NCBI GenBank assembly: GCA_964430355.1
Contig: CAYSFW010000089.1
Span: forward strand, 81,750 to 145,749
Length of the DNA: 64,000 bases
Direction of reading: 5' to 3'
Source of the DNA: an uncultured Thiotrichales bacterium
GTDB lineage: Bacteria > Pseudomonadota > Gammaproteobacteria > UWMA-0217
The position numbers and the translations under genes were made by a program. A model generated the notes under the pieces. The model was given only the letters and a program-made list of their open reading frames with translations. It had not been told where the DNA came from and did not search any database. Positions 11,067 to 20,919 of the stretch are shown piece by piece. Positions within the stretch are counted from its first letter, which is position 1. Each line of letters begins with the position of its first letter.

Positions 11067-12143
11067 ATGCCGCATATCTGGCTTGCGCTGTCAGCGCACG
11101 GATACGGACATCTCGCGCAGGTCGCGCCGGTGGTGAATGCCTTGCGAGACCATATTCCCGAGCTGCGCCTCACCGTCCAGACCGAACTGCCCGAAACCCT
11201 GCTGGCTGACCGCCTGGCCGGACCGCTCCGCCGGGTGGTGCTCGCGGGCGATGTGTCCCTGCCCATGCGTGGGCCGACCGCTGTCGCCTGGGACGAGGTG
11301 ATTGCGGCCGTCCTGGCATTCCACGAGGACTGGCCACAGCGGCTCGACGCGCAGGCGGCGCTGTTGCGAGCGGACCTGCCCGACTGTGTCCTCGCCGATG
11401 TGCCTTACCTGCCGCTGGTAGTGGCGGCGCATCTCGGTGTGCCGGCGGTTGCGTTCTGTTCCTTGAACTGGGCGGACATCCTGCATGCTCATCGGCAGGC
11501 CGCCCTGGCGCTCGGCGCGCCCATCGCCGTCATGCGGGAGGCTTACCAAGGGGTTAGCTGTTTCATCCAGCCCGCCCCATCGATGCCGATGCCGTGGATC
11601 GATCGTCGCCATGGCGTGGGTCCGGTCGCCCAGGTGGGCGGAAGCCGCCGGACTGAGCTCTTGCGCGAATTCGGGCTGCCACCTTCTGTCCGGTTTGGCG
11701 TCGTTAGTCTTGGGGGCATCGCCGATACCGGCGTCGCGCACTGGCCAGAACTCGAGGGCGTGCATTGGATCGTGCCGGACGGCTGGAGTCTGCGCCGGGC
11801 GGACCTGCATCCCGTCGGCAGCCTGCCATACCCCTTCCGCGACGTCCTGGCCTCGGCGGACCTGCTCGTGACCAAGCCGGGCTATGGCAGCTACGTCGAG
11901 GCGGCTTGCCTCGGCCTGCCGGTGATTTCGGTGGCGCGGGATGACTGGGCGGAAACCCCGTATCTGGATGCTTGGCTGCAGTGTCACGTGCCGCTGCGCA
12001 GCATTTCGCTCGCGGACTTTCGCGCCGGGCGACTCGCGGCCGAGGTCGCCGAGCTGCTGGCCGCGCCGCGAGCACGTGCCATCGAGCCGACCGGGATCGG
12101 CGAAACCGTGAACCTGCTCCTGCCCTATCTCGCGCGGCAATAA
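11067..12143 (+). CDS. Putative GT-B fold glycosyltransferase (MurG/GT28-like C-terminal domain)
   Basis: N-terminal SAHGYGH motif and a C-terminal [22 protein letters not shown] nucleotide-sugar binding block. Confidence 0.55.
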   Translation: MPHIWLALSAHGYGHLAQVAPVVNALRDHIPELRLTVQTELPETLLADRLAGPLRRVVLAGDVSLPMRGPTAVAWDEVIAAVLAFHEDWPQRLDAQAALLRADLPDCVLADVPYLPLVVAAHLGVPAVAFCSLNWADILHAHRQAALALGAPIAVMREAYQGVSCFIQPAPSMPMPWIDRRHGVGPVAQVGGSRRTELLREFGLPPSVRFGVVSLGGIADTGVAHWPELEGVHWIVPDGWSLRRADLHPVGSLPYPFRDVLASADLLVTKPGYGSYVEAACLGLPVISVARDDWAETPYLDAWLQCHVPLRSISLADFRAGRLAAEVAELLAAPRARAIEPTGIGETVNLLLPYLARQ

Positions 12144-12228
12144 CCCCGGCTGTGGCGTCAGTACGCCAGGTTTGGCGGTTGGCGTCGCTATACTTGCGGC
12201 TCTCCGCAGTATCCCTAACGGCACGCCC

Positions 12229-12618
12229 ATGACCCAGACGCCCGAAGACCCCTGGCGCGCAAAGCTCACGCCCGAGCAGTACCGCATCACCCGCGAGTGT
12301 GGCACCGAACCCCCGTTCACCGGCAAGTTTTACCGGCATAAGGCATCGGGTACCTACCACTGCGTCTGCTGTGATGCGCCCCTGTTTCGCTCGACCGAAA
12401 AATATGACTCCGGCTCCGGCTGGCCGAGCTACTGGGCTCCGGTCGCACCCGAGGCGATCCGCGAACTCAAGGACACCAGTCACGGGATGATCCGTGTCGA
12501 AGTGCGGTGCGCGCGCTGCGATGCCCACCTCGGGCACGTCTTCCCCGATGGTCCGCAGCCGACTGGCCTGCGCTACTGCATCAACTCTGCCGCGCTGGAC
12601 TTCCACGCGCAGCCGTGA
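12229..12618 (+). CDS. msrB: Peptide-methionine (R)-S-oxide reductase
   Basis: YHCVCC and [13 protein letters not shown] zinc/catalytic motifs; internal ATG (MTQTPEDP) chosen. Confidence 0.9.
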   Translation: MTQTPEDPWRAKLTPEQYRITRECGTEPPFTGKFYRHKASGTYHCVCCDAPLFRSTEKYDSGSGWPSYWAPVAPEAIRELKDTSHGMIRVEVRCARCDAHLGHVFPDGPQPTGLRYCINSAALDFHAQP

Positions 12619-12846
12619 GGTGTCGTTTGGGGCGAGTGGCTTTGGTTCATCCTCGGCACATGCTGGCGATGCCGGGCGCTGTAGCCATCGACGCGATCGG
12701 GCGGCTGACAACGCAATGCCGCGGCGCTTGCGCGTGGCTCGGGTGTTGTGCGCGGCCCAGCCTGCGCGGACACGCGCCGATCGCTCGGGTGGTTCGGGTA
12801 AACTAACGTGCCTCCTCGAGACCGAATCTGGACCCCCACTGTGGAC

Positions 12847-14649
12847 ATGCCCCTGCGCCGCACCGAGGCGCCGCACACCGAGCGCAACGACCGCGAGAAC
12901 ATCCGGCGCATGCTGCCGTATGTGTGGGATTACCGCGGGCGGGTGTTGCTGGCGCTCGCCGCACTCATGATCTCCAAGCTCGCGATGGTGGCAGTGCCCA
13001 TCGTCCTGAAACACATCGTGGACAGCCTGAGTGTGCAGAACGCGGGCGCGATGGTGTTGCCGCTCGCGCTGGTGCTGGGCTACGGGGCGTTGCGCCTGGT
13101 GAACAACGCCTTCGGCGAACTGCGCGACGTGATCTTCGCGCGCGTGCGCTATCACGCGATGCACCGCCTCTCGCGCGAGGTGCTCGCGCACCTGCACCGC
13201 CTGTCGCTGCGCTTTCACCTCGAGCGCAAGACCGGCAACATCACCGCCGACCTGACGCGCGGCGCGCAGAGCGTCAGCTCCATCCTCAACTACCTGGTGT
13301 TCAACATCCTGCCGTCGATCGCCGAGTTCGCGCTGGTGGCGATCTATCTGTTTTCGGCTTACGCCGTGGAGTTCGCGGCGGTGACCTTCGCGACGGTCGC
13401 CATTTACGTGGCCTTTACCTTCACCATCACCAACTGGCGCATGCACTTCCGCCACGAAATGAACCAGCTCGAGTCGGAAGCCAATGGCCTCGCGGTAGAT
13501 AGCCTGCTCAACTACGAGACGGTGAAGTATTTCGGCAATGAGCGCTACGAGCTCGAGCGCTACGACCGCACGCTCGATCGCTGGGAGCAAGCCGCCGACA
13601 AGAGCCAGAGCACGATGTCGCTGCTCAACTTTGGGCAGGGCGCGATCATCGCGATCGGGGTCACGCTCATCATGCTACTGGCTGCGCGCGGCGTGACACA
13701 GGGCACCCTCACCATTGGCGACCTCGTGCTGGTCAACACGATGATGCTGCAATTGTTCCTGCCGCTCGGCTTCCTCGGCATCATCTACCGCTCGCTACGC
13801 TACGCGCTCGCGGACATGGATCAGGTGTTCAAGCTGCTCGCGCGCGAGCCGGAAATCGTCGATGCGCCCGACGCCAAGCCGCTCGAAGTCCGTGCCGCCG
13901 AGGTGCGCTTCGACCACGTGGACTTTGCCTACCAGCCGGATCGCCCGATCCTGCACGACGTGAGCTTCGTCATCCCGAGCGGCAAGAAGGTCGCCGTGGT
14001 GGGCCCTTCCGGTGCCGGCAAATCCACGCTGGCGCGGCTGCTCTACCGCTTCTACGACGTGAGCGGCGGGCGGGTGCTCATCGACGGACAGGATGTGCGT
14101 GCGGTGACACAGGAGAGCCTGCACGCGGCGATCGGCATCGTCCCGCAGGACACGGTGCTGTTCAACGACACCCTGCTCCACAACCTCCAGTACGCCAACC
14201 ACAACGCGAGCCGCGAGGACATCATCGAGGCTGCGCGGATGGCCGACATCCACGACTTCATCGTGGCGTTGCCCCAGGGTTACGACACACTCGTCGGCGA
14301 GCGTGGCCTGAAGCTCTCCGGCGGCGAGAAGCAGCGTGTGGCGATCGCACGGGTGATCCTCAAACGCCCGCGCATCATGATCTTCGACGAGGCCACCTCG
14401 AGTCTCGACACGCATTCCGAGCAGAACATCCTGACCGCGCTCGCGCGCGTCTCGCGCGACACCACGACGCTGGTCATTGCGCACCGCCTGTCGACTATCG
14501 TCGATGCCGACGAGATCCTAGTCATGGACAAAGGGCGCATCGTGGAGCGCGGCACGCACGCCGCCCTGCTCGCGCACGATGGGCTCTACGCCCATCTCTG
14601 GCAGTTGCAGCAAGCCGAGCGCGAGGCGGAGGATGCCGCCGACGCCTGA
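12847..14649 (+). CDS. ABC transporter ATP-binding/permease fusion (Atm1/heavy-metal-exporter type)
   Basis: Six-TM exporter domain followed by Walker A GPSGAGKST, LSGGEKQR signature and Walker B IMIFDEATS. Start is ATG 12847; a GTG at 12808 is an alternative. Confidence 0.85.
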   Translation: MPLRRTEAPHTERNDRENIRRMLPYVWDYRGRVLLALAALMISKLAMVAVPIVLKHIVDSLSVQNAGAMVLPLALVLGYGALRLVNNAFGELRDVIFARVRYHAMHRLSREVLAHLHRLSLRFHLERKTGNITADLTRGAQSVSSILNYLVFNILPSIAEFALVAIYLFSAYAVEFAAVTFATVAIYVAFTFTITNWRMHFRHEMNQLESEANGLAVDSLLNYETVKYFGNERYELERYDRTLDRWEQAADKSQSTMSLLNFGQGAIIAIGVTLIMLLAARGVTQGTLTIGDLVLVNTMMLQLFLPLGFLGIIYRSLRYALADMDQVFKLLAREPEIVDAPDAKPLEVRAAEVRFDHVDFAYQPDRPILHDVSFVIPSGKKVAVVGPSGAGKSTLARLLYRFYDVSGGRVLIDGQDVRAVTQESLHAAIGIVPQDTVLFNDTLLHNLQYANHNASREDIIEAARMADIHDFIVALPQGYDTLVGERGLKLSGGEKQRVAIARVILKRPRIMIFDEATSSLDTHSEQNILTALARVSRDTTTLVIAHRLSTIVDADEILVMDKGRIVERGTHAALLAHDGLYAHLWQLQQAEREAEDAADA

Positions 14650-14827
14650 TCGGCGCACCTGGGGGCATCGCGCCCTTCGTTTCGGCGGTCGATTGCGCTA
14701 GCCTAGCCAGTGCTGCGTTTGGGGAAAGCGCACCAAATTTGTTGGCTGCAGCCCGTGAGTGTCTCTAGATTGGCCGGGTTGCAATCTATACTTCATGTTA
14801 ATTCGCGCGATTTAGGGAGGGCTGGCC

Positions 14828-16825
14828 ATGCGAATCCATCCACTGCGTACCGCGGCGATGGTCACTGCCATCTGGCTCGGGGCCTCGGCAGGGGCGTTGG
14901 CCCTGACCACCGAGCAGGAACTCTACCGGCAGGCCGTGCAAGCCCAGGAGCGAAAGGACTACGCCACGTTCAATGAGCTCAAGTCGCGCCTGCAGGACTA
15001 CGTGCTCCTGCCCTACCTCGAGTATGCCGAACTGGCTGGCCAGCTCGACGACACGCCACGTGTCGAGGCGTTCATCCGCAAGCATGCCGACAGTTACCTC
15101 GGCGATCGCTTGCGGCGGGCTTGGCTCGCGCGCGTCGCCACCCAGGGCCGCACGGACCTCGTGCTGCGCTACTACAAACCGGAACGGGACAAGGACAACA
15201 CCGGCCTGAGGTGCCATTACCTTCACGCCAAGGTGCTGGGCGGGGCTGGGGCGGCAGTGCTCGACGAGGTGCAATCGCTGTGGATGACCGAGAAGGCGCT
15301 GCCCGAGGCCTGTGATGCGCTCACCGACGACCTGGATCGCGCCGGGCGGCTCACGCCGGAGCTGCTCTGGGAGCGCATCCGGCTCGTCATGAAGCGCGGG
15401 AATCTCAGCGTGGCGCGCGCGCTAGCCGTCCGACTGCCGGAGGACCAGGCCGACCTCATCAAGCTGTGGGCCAAGGCGCAGGGTCAGCCGGACAAGACGC
15501 TCAGCGAAGCGCTGGCCTGGCCGGACACCGCGCGTCACCGCGACATCATCGTGCACGCCGTGCGCCGCATGGCGAAGAGCGACTATCGCGCGGCGCGCGA
15601 GCGCTGGGACGGCCAGATCAAGCCCAATTTCAAATTTACGAGCCGCCAGGCCGGGGAGGTCGAACGGGAACTCGCGCTGCGCGCAGCCTGGCGCCACCAG
15701 CCCGAGGCCAACGAACTCTACGCCCGCATCGTCGACGACGCGCTGGACGAAGAAGGGCGTGCCTGGCGCATCCGTGCGGCGTTGCGCTCGCAGGACTGGA
15801 AAGCCGTTGCCCGTTACGTGGATGCCCTGCCCGAAAACGAACGTCGGGACGAACAGTGGCGTTACTGGCGCGCGCGCGCTGCGGAGGCCCTCGGCCAAGG
15901 CGAGAAGGCGAATGCCCTGTACGGCGAACTGGCGCGGGAGACCAGCTACTACGGTTTCCTCGCCGCCGAGAAGCTCGACAGGCCCTACACGATCAACAAC
16001 CTGCCTATCGTTAAACCGGAGGAGGAAAAGCGCGTTGCCGAACTTGCCCGCCAGCCGGTGTATCAGCGCATCCGTGAGCTCTACGCGCTGGGCATGGAAA
16101 ACGAGGCTTACCAAGAATGGAATCACGAGCTTGCCAACAATCTCGACGATCTCGGCAAGCGCGCCGCGGCGCGGCTCGCGCACGACTGGGGCTGGCACTT
16201 CACCGCCATCATCAGCGCCGGCAAGGCCAAGCACTTCGGCGATCTCGCCCTGCGCTTCCCGCTGCTTTACGAGGAACAGGTCACCCGGGCTGCACAGAGC
16301 CAGGCGCTGCCCACGAGCTGGGTATACGGCGTGATCCGGCGCGAAAGTGCGTTCCGTGAAACCGCGCGTTCATCCGCCGGAGCGCTCGGCCTCATGCAGC
16401 TCATGCCCGCGACCGCCGCCATGGTCGGAAAGAAGATCGGCTACCCGAAGCTGCGCCGCGAAGACATCACTGAGCCTGAGACCAATCTGGCGCTGGGCAC
16501 GACCTACCTGCGCGGCGTCTATGATCGCTTCAACCACGAAGCGCTCGCCACCGCCAGCTACAACGCAGGCCCCGGACGCGTGAACCAATGGCTGCCCGCG
16601 ACCGGCGAACTCCCTGCCGACATCTGGATCGACACCATCGTCTTTACCGAGACGCGCGACTACGTCAAGGCCGTACTCTTCTACAGCACCATCTTCGATT
16701 GGAAACTCAACGACGGCGTCGTTCGCTCCCTGGGCAGCCGATTGCAGCCCGTTCGCGCGGTCGGCACGGTAGAAATCGCCGCGGCCGACGACGAACGCGA
16801 AGAGGCGGAAAAGACGGAAAACTAG
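14828..16825 (+). CDS. slt: Soluble lytic murein transglycosylase (Slt70-like)
   Basis: Signal peptide, long superhelical N-terminal region and a C-terminal SLT domain (GVIRRESAFRETARSSAGALGLMQLMP...SYNAGPGRV). Confidence 0.85.
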   Translation: MRIHPLRTAAMVTAIWLGASAGALALTTEQELYRQAVQAQERKDYATFNELKSRLQDYVLLPYLEYAELAGQLDDTPRVEAFIRKHADSYLGDRLRRAWLARVATQGRTDLVLRYYKPERDKDNTGLRCHYLHAKVLGGAGAAVLDEVQSLWMTEKALPEACDALTDDLDRAGRLTPELLWERIRLVMKRGNLSVARALAVRLPEDQADLIKLWAKAQGQPDKTLSEALAWPDTARHRDIIVHAVRRMAKSDYRAARERWDGQIKPNFKFTSRQAGEVERELALRAAWRHQPEANELYARIVDDALDEEGRAWRIRAALRSQDWKAVARYVDALPENERRDEQWRYWRARAAEALGQGEKANALYGELARETSYYGFLAAEKLDRPYTINNLPIVKPEEEKRVAELARQPVYQRIRELYALGMENEAYQEWNHELANNLDDLGKRAAARLAHDWGWHFTAIISAGKAKHFGDLALRFPLLYEEQVTRAAQSQALPTSWVYGVIRRESAFRETARSSAGALGLMQLMPATAAMVGKKIGYPKLRREDITEPETNLALGTTYLRGVYDRFNHEALATASYNAGPGRVNQWLPATGELPADIWIDTIVFTETRDYVKAVLFYSTIFDWKLNDGVVRSLGSRLQPVRAVGTVEIAAADDEREEAEKTEN

Positions 16826-17127
16826 GGCGCACCCGATCAGCAAACGATGCCGGGCTGGATGCCGGCATCGGGCGGACCTCGCCGCTCACTGCTCGGTTTC
16901 TGACCGCCCTCGTCGCTGCGAGCCCTGTGCGAGGGGTTCGCCAGTTCTACCTAAGCTGCGTCCTGTGGGCCATCGCATCGAGGTCTCGATCCTCTGCCTG
17001 CCGGTTTGTGCGCTCGATACGCATCGGCGACGCCATCAGCGTGCCGATGATCCAACGTGTGCCGCCAACACGACGGCAGCGGCTTGGCCGCCTATGGATT
17101 GGTAGAAACGAACCGCGCTATCCGGCC

Positions 17128-18783
17128 CTACTCCCTGAGCGCTGCCACCCAGCAACCGGCCCCGGCGATGGCGAGTGCCCAAGAGAGCCATGGCAGGCCG
17201 AGCCATTCGGGTTGTAGGGTGGACTCAAGGGTGAACAGGCCGCCGACGAACAAGGTGGCGCCGATAATGAGCAGATTGTTGCGGCGCAGGCTGCGCCGCA
17301 GCGTGTGCTCGAGTCGGCGCAGCTCCGGTGAGCGGTACTCGCCAGACCATTGGTTGCGTGCGGCCTTGTGCATCACGTCCTGGAGCAGCACCGGGGTCTC
17401 GGGGAGTCGTTCGAGAAAGCGCGGCAGGTGGGTCTTGAGTCCCTTGACCAGCGAGCGCAGGCCCACCTGCTCGTGCATCCAGCGCTCGATGAACGGCTTC
17501 GCAGTGGCCCACAGGTCCAGATCGGGGTAGAGGTCGCGGCCTAGCCCCTCGATGTTGAGCAACGTCTTTTGCAGCAGCACGAGCTGCGGCTGCACCTCCA
17601 TGTGGAAACGGCGCGCGGTCTGGAACAGCCGCACCAGGAAGTGGCCGAAGGAGATTTCCTTCAGTGGACGCTCGAAGATCGGCTCGCAGACGGTGCGGAT
17701 GGCGGACTCGAAGTCGTTGACGCGCGTCTGCGGCGGGACCCAGCCGGATTCAACGTGCAGCTCCGCGACGCGCTTGTAGTCGCGCCGGAAGAAGGCGTAG
17801 AAGTTTTCCGCCAGGTAGCGTTGGTCGCTGGGCGTGAGCGAGCCGACGATCCCGAAGTCCACAGCGATATAGCGCGGCGCCTCGGGACGTGTGATGTCGA
17901 CGAAGATGTTGCCCGGGTGCATGTCGGCATGGAAGAAGTTGTGCCGAAACACCTGGGTGAAGAAGATCTCCACGCCGCGCTCGGCGAGCATCTTCCTGTC
18001 GACCTGCGTTTCGCTCAGCGAACTGATGTTGCTGATCGGCACGCCGTAGATGCGCTCCATGACCATCACGCGCTCGGAGGTCAGATCCCACTCCACACTT
18101 GGCACGTACAGCAGTTCCGAGCCCTCGAAGTTGCGCCTGAGCTGCGAAGCGTTCGCGGCCTCGCGCATCAGGTCGAGCTCGTCGGTGATGGTCTTTTCGT
18201 ACTCCTCGACGAGCTCAATGGGTCGCAGCCGACGGCCTTCCGGCCAGTACTTTTGCGCGAGCCGGGCGATGATGTAGAGCAGTTCGATGTCGCGCCGGAT
18301 GATCTTCTCGATGCCGGGCCGCACCACCTTGACCACCACCTGCCGGCCGTCCTTGAGCACCGCGGCGTGGACCTGGGCGATGGACGCCGACGCCATCGGT
18401 TCGGTCTCGAAGGCTGCGAACACCTCGCCGACCGGCTTGCCCATCGCCTTTTCGATGATGCGCCGCGAGAGCTCGCTCGGAAACGGCGGCACGCGGTCCT
18501 GCAGTTTGGCCAGTTCCTGGGCGAGGTCCGGCGGGATGAGGTCGCGGCGGGTCGAGAGCATCTGGCCGAACTTGATGAAGATCGGCCCGAGGTCCTCCAG
18601 CGCGCGGCGCAACCGCACGGCGCGCCCAACCTCGCGGGAGCGAAACCAGTTCCACGGCGCGAGGTGATAGAACACGCGCAGCGGCCGGAACAGGTGGATG
18701 GCGAAAATGAACTCATCCAGCCCGTGACGCAGGAAAACCCAGTTGATGGTCATCAGGCGCAGCAGGCGCCTGAGGCTTTTCAT
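17128..18783 (-). CDS. ubiB: Ubiquinone biosynthesis protein kinase UbiB
   Basis: ABC1/UbiB kinase motifs (FHADMHPGNIF, AVDFG) and a C-terminal TM anchor. Sits in the ubiE-ubiJ-ubiB operon. Confidence 0.9.
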   Translation of the reverse strand: MKSLRRLLRLMTINWVFLRHGLDEFIFAIHLFRPLRVFYHLAPWNWFRSREVGRAVRLRRALEDLGPIFIKFGQMLSTRRDLIPPDLAQELAKLQDRVPPFPSELSRRIIEKAMGKPVGEVFAAFETEPMASASIAQVHAAVLKDGRQVVVKVVRPGIEKIIRRDIELLYIIARLAQKYWPEGRRLRPIELVEEYEKTITDELDLMREAANASQLRRNFEGSELLYVPSVEWDLTSERVMVMERIYGVPISNISSLSETQVDRKMLAERGVEIFFTQVFRHNFFHADMHPGNIFVDITRPEAPRYIAVDFGIVGSLTPSDQRYLAENFYAFFRRDYKRVAELHVESGWVPPQTRVNDFESAIRTVCEPIFERPLKEISFGHFLVRLFQTARRFHMEVQPQLVLLQKTLLNIEGLGRDLYPDLDLWATAKPFIERWMHEQVGLRSLVKGLKTHLPRFLERLPETPVLLQDVMHKAARNQWSGEYRSPELRRLEHTLRRSLRRNNLLIIGATLFVGGLFTLESTLQPEWLGLPWLSWALAIAGAGCWVAALRE

Positions 18784-19406
18784 GGCGAGGCGTCCTTCGT
18801 TGCCAGTACACGCTCGAGCCGTTTGATGCGCGCCTCGAGCCGGTCCGCGGCGAGCCGCAGCTCATCGACGTTGGCGATGAATGACTCGATCTCCGATGGC
18901 GCGGGCAGTACGCCGGATTCCTCTTGCAGGTACTCCGTGGTGTCGCGCCGCAGACTCTCCCCCGCTCCCGCAGCCCAGCGCTGGAAGGCGCGCACCGCGT
19001 TGCCCAGGCGGTGCGCGGCAAAGTCGCCGAGCACGCGGCTCGCTTGCTCCTCCCAGTCCACCTCGAGCTGCTTGAGCACGTCGGCGAAGCGCTGCACCAG
19101 CCGGCTGTCGCCCTCGATCGTCACCTCACCGCTGGCGAGCAGGGGTGTTGGCTGGTCGGTGCGGGCGAGCCTGGCCAGCGCGAAGGCGCTACCGCTCACG
19201 CGGCAATCCGGCTCGCGCTCGCAATGGGAGGCAAGCGTCATCGCGCCGGCGCGTGGCAGGCAGTTCAGCGAGAGCGGCGGCAGCGTGCAGTCGAAGTGCA
19301 GGCATTTCCCCTCGAATTCGCCCAGGCGGGCGGCGATCTCCGGGTCCAGTGCGAGGTAACGGTTGACGAAGCGCTCCAGCGCCGCGGTGAGCAGGTCGTC
19401 GGCCAT
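18780..19406 (-). CDS. ubiJ: Ubiquinone biosynthesis accessory factor UbiJ (SCP2 domain)
   Basis: Position between ubiE and ubiB, SCP2-like N-terminal region and C-terminal coiled coil. 4-bp overlap with ubiB. Confidence 0.75.
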   Translation of the reverse strand: MADDLLTAALERFVNRYLALDPEIAARLGEFEGKCLHFDCTLPPLSLNCLPRAGAMTLASHCEREPDCRVSGSAFALARLARTDQPTPLLASGEVTIEGDSRLVQRFADVLKQLEVDWEEQASRVLGDFAAHRLGNAVRAFQRWAAGAGESLRRDTTEYLQEESGVLPAPSEIESFIANVDELRLAADRLEARIKRLERVLATKDASP

Positions 19407-19409
19407 CGG

Positions 19410-20165
19410 TCAATCCAGCGCGTAGCCCCGGTGCAGCGCCACCACGCCGCCTGTCAGGTTGAAGTAGTCGCAGCGTTCGAAGCCCGCCTGCTCCATCATG
19501 GCCTTGAGGGTTTCCTGATCCGGGTGCATGCGGATCGACTCGGCCAGGTAGCGATAGCTCGCGCTGTCATTGGCGAGCAGCTTGCCGAGCAGCGGCAGCG
19601 CGGTGAAGGAGTAGGCATCGTAGACGCGGGCGAACATGGGACTGATCGGCTTGGAGAACTCGAGCACCAAGAGTTTGCCGCCGGGCTTCAGCACGCGGCG
19701 CATCGACACGAGCGCGGCATCCTTGTCGGTGACGTTGCGCAGGCCGAAGGCGATGGTGACCACATCGAAATGATCGTCGGGGAACGGCAGGCACTCGGCG
19801 TTGACCTGCGCAAAGCGCAGATTGCCGACGATGCCGGCGTCCACCATCCGCCGGCGTCCCTCGGCGAGCATGGAGCTGTTGATGTCGGCGAGCACCACCT
19901 CGCCGCTGGGGCCGACCTGCGTGGCGAACTGGCGGGCGAGATCGCCCGTGCCGCCGGCGAGATCGAGCACGCGCATCCCCGGCCGCACACCCGCCTGAAG
20001 CACCGTGTAATGCTTCCAGAGCCGGTGGATGCCGAACGACATGGCGTCGTTCATCAGGTCGTACTTGCGGGCGACGGAGTGGAAGACGTCCGCGACCTTG
20101 CGCGCCTTCTCCTCGATGGGGACTTGCTGGTAGCCGAAATGGGTGGTGCGCGGGGGTTCCTGCAT
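19410..20165 (-). CDS. ubiE: Ubiquinone/menaquinone C-methyltransferase UbiE
   Basis: SAM motif [11 protein letters not shown] and full-length UbiE similarity ([14 protein letters not shown]). Confidence 0.95.
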   Translation of the reverse strand: MQEPPRTTHFGYQQVPIEEKARKVADVFHSVARKYDLMNDAMSFGIHRLWKHYTVLQAGVRPGMRVLDLAGGTGDLARQFATQVGPSGEVVLADINSSMLAEGRRRMVDAGIVGNLRFAQVNAECLPFPDDHFDVVTIAFGLRNVTDKDAALVSMRRVLKPGGKLLVLEFSKPISPMFARVYDAYSFTALPLLGKLLANDSASYRYLAESIRMHPDQETLKAMMEQAGFERCDYFNLTGGVVALHRGYALD

Positions 20166-20242
20166 CGGTCGGTCCGGTCAGTGGGTCTGTGAGAGAGTCT
20201 ACCGCAGGCGGAGATCGCGGCGGCATTTCGGGACCGCAACGG

Positions 20243-20271
20243 GACGAGGCGCCGATTCACGGCGCCTCGTC
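20243..20271. repeat. Perfect 12-bp stem / 5-nt loop hairpin (GACGAGGCGCCG-attca-CGGCGCCTCGTC) between the DUF971 gene and ubiE
   Basis: Palindrome read directly from the sequence. No downstream U-tract on either strand. Confidence 0.6.
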
Positions 20272-20334
20272 GCGCCTAACCCGCGGCCCAGGCGCAAGGC
20301 CCGTCACGCAGACGGGGTCTCGCCCCGGCGCCGA

Positions 20335-20712
20335 TCAATGGCCGAGCGCGCTGTACGAGTCCTGGACTTTACGCGTGTACCCCGCGTCTTTCAAACGCTC
20401 GAGATAGCGCTTCCAGTTCTGCTCCTGGTTGATGGCGAGGTCATACAGGTACTCCCAGCTGTACATGCCGGTGTTGTGACCGTCGTCGAAGACGAGCTTC
20501 ACGGCGTAGTTGCCGACCGGCTCGATGGCCTCGATGGTGACGTTCTCCTTGCCGAGCTGGAGCTTTTCCTCGCCGGGCCCGTGGCCCCGGACCTCGGCCG
20601 ATGGCGAGTAGACACGCAAGTATTCGCACGAGAGCTTATGGCGCGAACCATCCTCAAACTCGATTTCGAGGATGCGGGACTTCTGGTGCAGATTGATTTC
20701 GGTCGGTCTCAT
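20335..20712 (-). CDS. DUF971 (gamma-butyrobetaine hydroxylase-like N-terminal domain) protein
   Basis: 125 aa starting MRPTEINLHQKSRILEIEFEDGS...YSWEYLY. The longer ORF start is unlikely. Confidence 0.7.
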   Translation of the reverse strand: MRPTEINLHQKSRILEIEFEDGSRHKLSCEYLRVYSPSAEVRGHGPGEEKLQLGKENVTIEAIEPVGNYAVKLVFDDGHNTGMYSWEYLYDLAINQEQNWKRYLERLKDAGYTRKVQDSYSALGH

Positions 20713-20919
20713 GAGCGGATTCCTTGGCGTCTTGCGAAATGATGCAACATCTTTGTAGCCGGTGGGTGCAGCGTCAAGAATCGCTCGGGCGCGCTGGGCC
20801 AACTCCGCGCCTCGGTGAAACGCGGGGGACGCCGAAGCAGACGCTGCACACTCGCGACCGGAGGTGTCGAGCACGTATCCAGCCCCGGCCAGTCTCCCAC
20901 CGCGGGGGCGCGGCCCCAC

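Noticed and set aside
12808-12846. GTG start 39 nt upstream for the ABC exporter
   Set aside because: Neither candidate has a convincing RBS. The ATG at 12847 was kept and the GTG remains possible.
11704-13590. Very long antisense ORFs (e.g. 628 aa on the minus strand across the glycosyltransferase/msrB/ABC genes). Similar cases lie at 24291-25085, 25130-26257, 42223-43218 and 52161-53024.
   Set aside because: These are GC-rich antisense frames lacking stop codons. Their translations are Arg/Ala/Pro-rich and low-complexity with no motifs, while the sense-strand genes have clear homology.
16846-16869. Hairpin GATGCCGG-gctggat-CCGGCATC after slt as an intrinsic terminator
   Set aside because: There is an 8-bp stem but no U-tract on either strand. 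It may still aid termination between the convergent slt/ubiB genes, but cannot be called with confidence.
20335-20919. Long form (194 aa) of the DUF971 ORF
   Set aside because: The N-terminal 70 aa are low-complexity, and the conserved DUF971 sequence starts at MRPTEINLH (20712).
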